64,000 nt of DNA from a virus, in IMG/VR virus record IMGVR_UViG_3300034418_012856, positions 1 to 64,000 of that record; one strand, written 5' to 3'. Below the pieces are notes generated by a model. It ran no database searches. It was not told the origin of the DNA and was given only the letters and a program-made list of their open reading frames with translations. How positions within the stretch are numbered: position 1 is the first letter of the stretch; each line of letters begins with the position of its first letter. This document shows positions 57,080 through 64,000 of this stretch, piece after piece. The position numbers and the translations under genes are program-made.

Positions 57080-57090
57080 GTGTACTATAA
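57064..57090 (+). promoter_or_regulatory. putative ECF-type phage promoter GAAACT-N15-CTATAA, overlapping the terminator
   Basis: The -35 box lies in the 3' arm of the hairpin; upstream of 57114. Confidence 0.5.
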
Positions 57091-57113
57091 AAAGAAAAGA
57101 TTAGAATAGCATA

Positions 57114-57782
57114 ATGAATATCAAACTAGTCCATATACTCACAGAACCCGAAACAAGAAGGGAGCAAGCATCGATAGATTCTTTATCTCCCCTAGGTGAA
57201 ATGGGATTGACTTACTATCAGCAGGTAAATGAGAGATACAAAGGTGAAGCTTGGAGGGAAGTTCCTGCTCTATCACAATCTCCTGCAACTAATCACGGTC
57301 CTGGTCATTACGGTGCCTTCCAGTCTTTCAAAAAAGCAATGCTTGAGAATTTTACCGACGATCTTGATGCTTTGGTTCTTTGTGAATGTGATTGTGTGTT
57401 GGAAACTTCCCATGAGGATTTTATGAAAACCCTTGAGAGGGGTATTGAATTTTGCAATGAAAACGATCTTAAATACCTTTCATTGGGATCTAGGTTTGTA
57501 AAGGGGGTTTTACAGTCCCCAGAGACTGGCAGTGACCCAAAATTCCCTGAATTTTATATTACAAACAAGGTAATATTGGCACATTGTGTTGTTCTCCCTG
57601 CTTTGTCTAGGGATGTCATTTTAGATTGTATCGATAAATTTAGCTGGGATAGCCCAGATATTTGGTTTAATGAGGTACTTTGGAGAAGTGGGCTAAACCA
57701 ATTCGCAATTGTAAAGGAAAGACTTGCAAGACAACACGAAGGTGTTTCCCTTATTGATAATGTTTGGAAAGAATCTCAATAA
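57114..57782 (+). CDS. GT25-like glycosyltransferase
   Basis: ETRR, GHYGAFQSFKKA, LVLCECDCV (EDD-equivalent), LAHCVVL, PDIW. Confidence 0.55.
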   Translation: MNIKLVHILTEPETRREQASIDSLSPLGEMGLTYYQQVNERYKGEAWREVPALSQSPATNHGPGHYGAFQSFKKAMLENFTDDLDALVLCECDCVLETSHEDFMKTLERGIEFCNENDLKYLSLGSRFVKGVLQSPETGSDPKFPEFYITNKVILAHCVVLPALSRDVILDCIDKFSWDSPDIWFNEVLWRSGLNQFAIVKERLARQHEGVSLIDNVWKESQ

Positions 57783-58511
57783 CTATCTCTTTTCTTTTTG
57801 TTCTTTAGAAACTTCTCTTATAAATAATTCCTTAGCTATCTTAAGAATAACTGAATCCTCATTAAAGTCTTCGTAGATCTCCATAATATTGATATCCGGA
57901 TCTACGTCTTTTTTTATTTCCAACGATTCAATTGCCTCGTGTGCGATGAATTCGTAAGACATTGAAAAATAAGGGTTTCTTAGAGGTATTTTTTTGAGCA
58001 TTGTTGCATCTGATCCCTTGTTGGTTCTTCCGCATTGCCACCAATATACAAAAACGTTGTCGGTGGACATGTTTCTAAATATTAGGATCCCACAATCTCT
58101 ATTTTCTTTTGTGGTGAATCTTTCCAAACTAAAAGCCCTAATCCTGTTCTCTAAATTTTTCCAAAGGCTCATTCCCATGTCCGCGTATTTATAGAGAATG
58201 TTTAGCGAATTATCAATTATAGACAGAATCTCTTCCACCTCATCATCGCTAAAATCGCATCCTCGGAAATAAGTTATAAGATCGTGGATATTTGAAGGTA
58301 GTTCTTCTGATACCTCCTTGAATTCGTTTTCGATCCAAACCTTAACGGAGGTCAATTCTTTGATCATGGAGAAAATTCTCTTGATCGGATAATATATGTC
58401 TTCGTCTTCTATGTCTTTATTGACCGTAGATAGGAAGTCTAATAAAATGTATTGTTTGTATTCTTGATCGATTGGATATTCGATGAACCATGTGGGTTTA
58501 ATGTCTTTCAT
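57783..58511 (-). CDS. hypothetical protein, only credible minus-strand gene
   Basis: 242 aa ORF filling a gap; TWFIEYPIDQEYKQYILLDFL; late-like AATATATA on the minus strand at 58538-58545. Confidence 0.75.
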   Translation of the reverse strand: MKDIKPTWFIEYPIDQEYKQYILLDFLSTVNKDIEDEDIYYPIKRIFSMIKELTSVKVWIENEFKEVSEELPSNIHDLITYFRGCDFSDDEVEEILSIIDNSLNILYKYADMGMSLWKNLENRIRAFSLERFTTKENRDCGILIFRNMSTDNVFVYWWQCGRTNKGSDATMLKKIPLRNPYFSMSYEFIAHEAIESLEIKKDVDPDINIMEIYEDFNEDSVILKIAKELFIREVSKEQKEKR

Positions 58512-58593
58512 GGTGGGAAGAATTATGTTTGTTACTCTATATATTAACCCCCCGCCATTCTTCTAGACTTTTAAAGAACACGTTTTGAATCTT

Positions 58594-58601
58594 GATATAT
58601 A
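58594..58601 (+). promoter_or_regulatory. putative late promoter GATATATA
   Basis: Upstream of 58626. Confidence 0.65.
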
Positions 58602-58625
58602 ATACATAAAAAAAGTGGTTTCCCA

Positions 58626-59063
58626 ATGCCAAGAATAGACGATTATATTTCTTTTAGTTCTAATAAGAAAAACAATATTTCCAACGAGTTTTCATTTTCA
58701 GCTGAACTCGGGTTACTTGATGTCCAGGTAGTTAATAGGCCACCTGAAATTAGTGATGTTGATTCTCTTGAGTGTGAGATTGAATACAAAGCTGGAATAG
58801 AGAGGAAAAAAGGGGGAATCCAAGATATTAGCTTTTTTGTAGAAAGTATTGAACTCGAAATTAAGGTTGATGATTACCCTAACGAACAAAAAGAATTTGA
58901 GTTTGATATTGTCCCCGATGCAACTATCCCTATTCCTTCCGTGGTAATTCAGAAGGGAACAAGGTTAGTTCCAACAGATCCAACTTTTCTAAGGATTGAT
59001 ATGAGAAAATCAATGAATCCGAAGGACTTTAAAGTGCAAATCCTTTTTGGAACAAATGAATAA
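58626..59063 (+). CDS. hypothetical protein
   Basis: 145 aa, beta-rich ORF after a late motif. Confidence 0.6.
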   Translation: MPRIDDYISFSSNKKNNISNEFSFSAELGLLDVQVVNRPPEISDVDSLECEIEYKAGIERKKGGIQDISFFVESIELEIKVDDYPNEQKEFEFDIVPDATIPIPSVVIQKGTRLVPTDPTFLRIDMRKSMNPKDFKVQILFGTNE

Positions 59064-59967
59064 AGCCTTAAGTTTTAAACTATTTGGTAAACTCCACGAG
59101 TCTAAGTCCGTATCCAAAAGTGACATTGGTTTGATAGGACCTAACCTTAATGGAGAGATCAAATTAAAATTAGAGAATCCTGGACTAGTCCTAAAAAGGG
59201 TCGAGGAGGGAGATGACTATGTTTTCAGCATTGGAGAAAAGTCCTGCTCTATTCCAAAAAAGTACGTGGGTCTTAGTACCCAACCTGGTTTTGAAGTTGT
59301 TACTTTTGATACCAATATGAATTGGTTTAAGGATGAGAAAAACAGAAATGCCTTTGACGATATAGTGGAAGAATTCGTTTCGTCGAAATTTTCAAAAATG
59401 GGAAAATCTTTTAATAAGATTGAGGAGGATGCAAACGTTATCTTAGACATGCTAGGAATAGAAGATGATATTAAATCATGTAATCATTCTTCTGATTTAT
59501 CTTTGGATGCAGAGATCTCGAACGGTATGGAAATAGAGCTGGTTAAAGAAAATCACGATGACCTCTTTAAGAAGATATTCATTTATAGAGATTCTGATGC
59601 AATACATCCATTCCTTGCAATTAAAAGGAACGGGAATAGGTTCAGCTGTGAATACCGTACACCACGGGGAATGTTTGAGTGTAAACACGATTCAATTGCT
59701 GAAATGCTAGAGAATCCCGTTGATAAATATCTTCTTACTGTATGCACTGGAAGTGAAACAGAGGGTTCGCAAAGGGAACTAGTCGATCATCTAATGAAGC
59801 TTTTTAAATATCATTCTTGGTCTAATCCGGACCAAAAAAATCCTAAAAGTATCCAGGAGAGAAAAGAGATAAAAAGGGTAATGAGTATTTTAAAAAATTC
59901 AATACCCGACGATCACATCGAGGAAATGTACTCTGATGCTAGATCAAAATTTCTATCGAAAGGATAA
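59056..59967 (+). CDS. hypothetical protein, possible internal head protein
   Basis: MNKALSFKLFGKLHES N-terminus; ATG 59056 overlaps the upstream stop. Confidence 0.55.
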   Translation: MNKALSFKLFGKLHESKSVSKSDIGLIGPNLNGEIKLKLENPGLVLKRVEEGDDYVFSIGEKSCSIPKKYVGLSTQPGFEVVTFDTNMNWFKDEKNRNAFDDIVEEFVSSKFSKMGKSFNKIEEDANVILDMLGIEDDIKSCNHSSDLSLDAEISNGMEIELVKENHDDLFKKIFIYRDSDAIHPFLAIKRNGNRFSCEYRTPRGMFECKHDSIAEMLENPVDKYLLTVCTGSETEGSQRELVDHLMKLFKYHSWSNPDQKNPKSIQERKEIKRVMSILKNSIPDDHIEEMYSDARSKFLSKG

Positions 59968-59972
59968 AAAGC

Positions 59973-60000
59973 GGAACACTTTACAACATTCACCATATAA
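59973..60000 (+). promoter_or_regulatory. putative ECF-type phage promoter GGAACA-N16-ATATAA
   Basis: Weaker match to the bipartite motif; upstream of 60087. Confidence 0.4.
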
Positions 60001-60086
60001 TTCTTAAATCCAGCAATGCTGTCCGGTGAATTGTTATTTTGCATATCTCTTCGAGTTCCAATTAAACTCTTAACATTTGAAGAAAA

Positions 60087-60761
60087 ATGGGATGGCTGAG
60101 TCGAATATTCAAGAAAAAGAAAATGGATCTTAAGGAAAAAACTTTAACAGAATTAAAGGAAGAATTATCCCAGGTTGACTTCCAGTGGATTAAAGGGGAT
60201 AAGATGGGTAACGTTGAGAAGTTCAACGGGGTTACTCAGGACGAAGCTACTGGAATGACTTTTGTACAGTTTATTGGTGGTGGAAGGATTAACATTGAGC
60301 TTTTGGAGGAGTATTTAGAAACATTCCCTGCTTCTAAGGTTGATTATAATAATACCTCTGGCAATATTGATTTGACTCAACCGGATGTTCAGATGCAAAA
60401 GCAACAGGTTATTCAGGAGCCCACCGTTTCTAAGCCTGTTAGAAATACTGTTTCTGCCATTGAGCTTGAAGAATCACCGATATATAAACTATTGAAACAG
60501 CAGAATGAAAATTGGGTGAATGTGAACATTACTCTTAAGTTAAATCTGCCTTCAAAAAATTTATACAATGTTTTAATTAGCTCCTTTGATGGTGCTAATG
60601 AGGAGATAATTAATTATGTGACCGAAGGAGTTGATATTGATGATATTAGAGGTGCTTTGGCAGAATCGATTACTTCTTATTATGGTGGAACTCAAAAATC
60701 AACTAGCCAAAGGATAAAGAAAAAGCAAGAAACCAAAACGGCGGAAGAAGATGACGAATAA
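60087..60761 (+). CDS. hypothetical protein
   Basis: 224 aa ORF; FQWIKGDKMGNVE. Confidence 0.65.
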   Translation: MGWLSRIFKKKKMDLKEKTLTELKEELSQVDFQWIKGDKMGNVEKFNGVTQDEATGMTFVQFIGGGRINIELLEEYLETFPASKVDYNNTSGNIDLTQPDVQMQKQQVIQEPTVSKPVRNTVSAIELEESPIYKLLKQQNENWVNVNITLKLNLPSKNLYNVLISSFDGANEEIINYVTEGVDIDDIRGALAESITSYYGGTQKSTSQRIKKKQETKTAEEDDE

Positions 60762-61326
60762 AATACTTTTTGAAACTAAGGGATTAAACCTTGTTGAGAG
60801 AGACGGTAGGGTTGGAGTAGTTCCAACTTTTATGAATGTTGTAGTAATGCCATTCGTTTCTGATGAACAAGGACTTCCTCTTGCTATTGGTGTCCTAAAG
60901 GAATCAAATCCCTTTAGAGAAGGTGGAATGACAGTTTCACTTATAACTGGCACAAGTGATGATGAGGATCCAGATCTTTTGACCACAGCAAAGAGAGAAT
61001 TGCTAGAAGAGAGTGGATTTGATGCACCAGAAAATGATAGGTGGTATTATTTGGGGTCAGTTACCTCCTCAAAGTTTGTAGACCATGAGCAGCCCTGCTT
61101 TGCTGTTGACGTAACAGGATTGCAAAAGGGAGAGGCTTTGACAGATGGAACAAAGGAGGAGCAAGAAATGGAATTTAAATTTATTCCAGCTAACGATGTT
61201 GTTAAAGCTAAAGATATCTTCATTCCTGGGCTTTTCCTTAAATTGTTCAAGTATGTTTTGGGAATTGACATACAAGGTTCCTCTCAAACTCCCGATGATG
61301 AAGTTTTTAAATTTTCTGCAGAATGA
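60751..61326 (+). CDS. Nudix hydrolase
   Basis: Nudix box GTSDDEDPDLLTTAKRELLEESG. Confidence 0.85.
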   Translation: MTNKILFETKGLNLVERDGRVGVVPTFMNVVVMPFVSDEQGLPLAIGVLKESNPFREGGMTVSLITGTSDDEDPDLLTTAKRELLEESGFDAPENDRWYYLGSVTSSKFVDHEQPCFAVDVTGLQKGEALTDGTKEEQEMEFKFIPANDVVKAKDIFIPGLFLKLFKYVLGIDIQGSSQTPDDEVFKFSAE

Positions 61327-61661
61327 GTCAATCAAGAAGACAAAGAAGACAAATGGCTAAACAGTTTGGCCTTTTAGGTAAAAAGGAATCTTTTTCTGAT
61401 ATGAGAGAAAGGATCAGGAGAGCACAACAGATGGGTAAACAAATACATCTGAAAAACCTTGAAAATAATCGCAATAACCAAATCGAGGCTGATTTGGATA
61501 AAGAAAGGAAGTCCCAAGATTCTTTAATCAAAGAGGTTGTTAATAGAGAAGATCGGGAGGAATCCGATATTCAATTAAATCCCGGGTCCTTTGACTTTTT
61601 AAATGATGTTAAAGATGGTCCGCAGGCTGCTAGTGAAAATGTGAGTGAGGATAATGCCTAA
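61323..61661 (+). CDS. hypothetical protein with basic N-terminus
   Basis: MSQSRRQRRQMAKQFG; coupled ORF. Confidence 0.6.
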   Translation: MSQSRRQRRQMAKQFGLLGKKESFSDMRERIRRAQQMGKQIHLKNLENNRNNQIEADLDKERKSQDSLIKEVVNREDREESDIQLNPGSFDFLNDVKDGPQAASENVSEDNA

Positions 61662-61989
61662 AGAAATTCCAAATACAACATTTTTACTTACCTCTCGGTC
61701 TTTAAAAGAGGCCAAAAGAAAATATTGCTCCGGTAAAACTTATTACATAGTTGATATAGGTAAAATAATTAGGGAGCTCGGATATGACATGGATGAATTA
61801 ACACCAGAGTCAGAATTCGTCATCAATTACGCTGTTCAGAAGAAAATTACACAAGGAATATATAGTACAAGATGCAATGACATCTTGGTGGTTTACAAAA
61901 ACATCTCACAGAGATTCGCAGAAAATTTAGAACATTTTCTAGCTGAGGACATGGAGGAGGAGTTTGAGTTTACCATCACGGTTGAATAA
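61654..61989 (+). CDS. hypothetical protein
   Basis: ATG 61654 overlaps the upstream stop. Confidence 0.6.
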   Translation: MPKEIPNTTFLLTSRSLKEAKRKYCSGKTYYIVDIGKIIRELGYDMDELTPESEFVINYAVQKKITQGIYSTRCNDILVVYKNISQRFAENLEHFLAEDMEEEFEFTITVE

Positions 61990-62008
61990 AAAAATCTTGA
62001 CTATATAA

Positions 62009-63958
62009 ATGTCAACTTCCAATAACAGGAACTCACAAACTGGATCTGTCTCTCAAACCGAAGGGTTTTCTAATAGGGTGTTAGGATTTGATTATGGAGC
62101 AACTAATGCTGCCAATAGTTCAATCTACGGATCAAAAGAAGCTCAGAGAGATGCTGCCTCATCACAGTTAACTGGCAGGATGTCCAATCTGGGATCTGTG
62201 AATCCCAACAAGGGTCCAACTGCAAGGACTCTTTTTTATAACGGGGGTTTCTATAGCTCAGATAATGCCAAATACGGGCAGTTTCTGCTTTATTCGTTTG
62301 GTAATAACCAAAATGACTTCATTCAGGAATACTACAAATCAGAAAACCGGGATTTCAACTCCAGGATTTCTTCTGTTTTAAGTGTTACTGGGAGAGGCGG
62401 TAGCAAGAACCCGTCTGCTGGCCAATTGGTAAATATTACCCAGACTACCCTTAACCAAATAGACTCAAACCCTGAAACAAGTGAGGAAAGGGAAAGCTTA
62501 AGTACAAGGGGTAATAAGTCTTTGATTGTTGGTGGCGCTTCCGCTCCTTATTATTGGAAGGATTTCCTTTATTGTAAATATTACGGATCAATCCCTAATA
62601 ATTATATGATTACCCTTAGAAGATTCCCAGCTCCGATGAGGGATAATCTTTCTATTCCAGATCAGCTCTTAGCAAGTGATCTTTATGGCAAGCAGGGAGC
62701 AGGAAGACCTGTTGCCCAAGCGGTAACGTGGTGGGGCGGTGACACAAACAATTCATTAAAAGACGTTATTGGATTTCAAGCCGGACTAAAATGGGATCCA
62801 AAAACACAGGATGATGTTAAGTACCAAAAAGGATTTGATCAAGGATTTTTCAAAAGTGTTCTTGGTCGAGCTTTTGCTGGTGCAGCTGCTGGTGCTGGAG
62901 CAGGTGACCTTTTAGCCAGAGCTGGTGATGTTGCCAACTTAGCTGTTGCAGCTACCGACGGAGGTAGAGATGAGGTCACTATACCTAAGATTAACTTTGC
63001 GTTGCGTGATAAGATGCTGACCGAGGGAGGTCCACTATCGGATTTTATATTTGTTTCTGTAGATACCGTCGATAAAACCTGGGTTAGAGATAGAGGTTTA
63101 ACTTTCTCAGAAGAACCCTTCCAGCTTGATTTTCATTATGAGCTTACCTCAGTTGGTGAGGTAAACACTAAAGCTGCAATGATCGATATATTAGGTAATT
63201 TGCTTGCTATTGGTACCAATTATGGAAATTTTTTAACCCCAGATATTAGATACGATAATACCTTCCCTGCTATCGGATTTCCTGGTGGTGAGGAGGGTCT
63301 CAAAGCATTTTATTCAGATCCTATTGGCTGGACAAAAACTGCAATTAAATTTTTGGCCAATCCTGATGCTGAAACCATGAACGATCCACAGGCTCAGGCT
63401 TTTAAAGAGTCTGCTGCCACTGTTGAAAAATCAATAGCTGAGCTACAAAGTGTGATTAAGCAGCTTGATAGCAACGATTTAGCTGAGCTCATTGAAAAAG
63501 ATGCAGCTATCGGTAATATTCTTGCTTTCGCATTGGCTGATGACTTTATACAAAATATACAGTTGCCTGTTGCTATCCAAACCGGAGCACCTACTGGAGA
63601 ATGGCACTTAGTAGTTGGCAATCCCATGAACCCAATAGCTATGATTGGTAATGTTATTTGTGAAGGTGTAGATATCCAATTTAGTGAAGTTTTAGGCCCT
63701 GATGATTTTCCAACAGAACTTGTTGCTACTTTTACATTAAGACACGGTAGGAATAGAGAAAGAGGTGAGATTGAAAGCATGTTCAATAGAGGTGATGGAA
63801 GGCTTTATCAGAGCACAATTCCGACATATGCTAGTAATCAATCTAGCTTTAACCAAGGTCTCTCCGATGGATCTACTGTTAGTACTTTCAGAGGAGGAAC
63901 AATTACTACAGATTCACCAAACGATATTTCAACTAGGAACGGAGGAACCCCTCAGTAA
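62009..63958 (+). CDS. probable baseplate/tail structural protein
   Basis: 649 aa; DFLYCKYYG.IPNNYMITLRRF.., TGEWHLVVGNPMNPIAMIGN, LGPDDFPTEL; GACTATATA late-like element upstream. Confidence 0.5.
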   Translation: MSTSNNRNSQTGSVSQTEGFSNRVLGFDYGATNAANSSIYGSKEAQRDAASSQLTGRMSNLGSVNPNKGPTARTLFYNGGFYSSDNAKYGQFLLYSFGNNQNDFIQEYYKSENRDFNSRISSVLSVTGRGGSKNPSAGQLVNITQTTLNQIDSNPETSEERESLSTRGNKSLIVGGASAPYYWKDFLYCKYYGSIPNNYMITLRRFPAPMRDNLSIPDQLLASDLYGKQGAGRPVAQAVTWWGGDTNNSLKDVIGFQAGLKWDPKTQDDVKYQKGFDQGFFKSVLGRAFAGAAAGAGAGDLLARAGDVANLAVAATDGGRDEVTIPKINFALRDKMLTEGGPLSDFIFVSVDTVDKTWVRDRGLTFSEEPFQLDFHYELTSVGEVNTKAAMIDILGNLLAIGTNYGNFLTPDIRYDNTFPAIGFPGGEEGLKAFYSDPIGWTKTAIKFLANPDAETMNDPQAQAFKESAATVEKSIAELQSVIKQLDSNDLAELIEKDAAIGNILAFALADDFIQNIQLPVAIQTGAPTGEWHLVVGNPMNPIAMIGNVICEGVDIQFSEVLGPDDFPTELVATFTLRHGRNRERGEIESMFNRGDGRLYQSTIPTYASNQSSFNQGLSDGSTVSTFRGGTITTDSPNDISTRNGGTPQ

Positions 63959-64000
63959 AAAACAATATTTAGCATATGTTGCAGATTGATATACTTAATA

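Noticed and set aside
60016-60099. Short upstream ORF or structured RNA in the leader of 60087
   Set aside because: Only 27 codons, with no convincing hairpin or recognisable motif
1-64000. Stop-codon reassignment as seen in some large phages
   Set aside because: Core genes are intact in code 11, and TAA, TAG and TGA all end genes at expected positions
1-64000. Apparent abundance of GATC and 6-bp palindromes as a sign of protected DNA
   Set aside because: Impression only; it needs an observed/expected k-mer count that could not be run

Overview
AT-rich, densely coding, almost entirely + strand segment of a large T4-like (jumbo) myophage genome in the standard genetic code. It holds the core morphogenesis genes: gp14-like neck protein, small and large terminase, a long tail sheath, two tail tubes, gp26/gp51-like proteins, two tandem portal paralogs, a prohead protease-scaffold fusion and the major capsid protein. 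It also carries replication, repair and nucleotide genes (ligase, clamp loader, RNase H, Nei-type glycosylase, degenerate UvsE, dCMP deaminase, Gmk, Nudix), two sigma factors (ECF-like and gp55-like), many probable internal head proteins, and a glycosylation toolkit (GT2, GT2-TPR, GT4, TibC/AAH-type protein heptosyltransferase, RfaE/HldE heptose kinase, GT25-like, AsnB). Three classes of intergenic motif are visible: TAnnTTTG (Bacteroidota-type host promoter), G(A/G)AAC(T/A)-N15-16-CTA(T/A)AA (ECF-like) and GATATATA (late). Their placement suggests a host sigma -> phage ECF sigma -> gp55 cascade and a Bacteroidota host. The most notable signals are this cascade, a candidate virion heptosylation system, the duplicated portal, a -1 slippage extension at an A9C site, a possible +1 frameshift between the gp26- and gp51-like genes, and a family of proteins with capsid-targeting-like N-termini that includes a nucleotidyltransferase. 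All calls come from reading motifs by eye; no database searches were run. No tRNA, rRNA, CRISPR array or mobile element was recognised.
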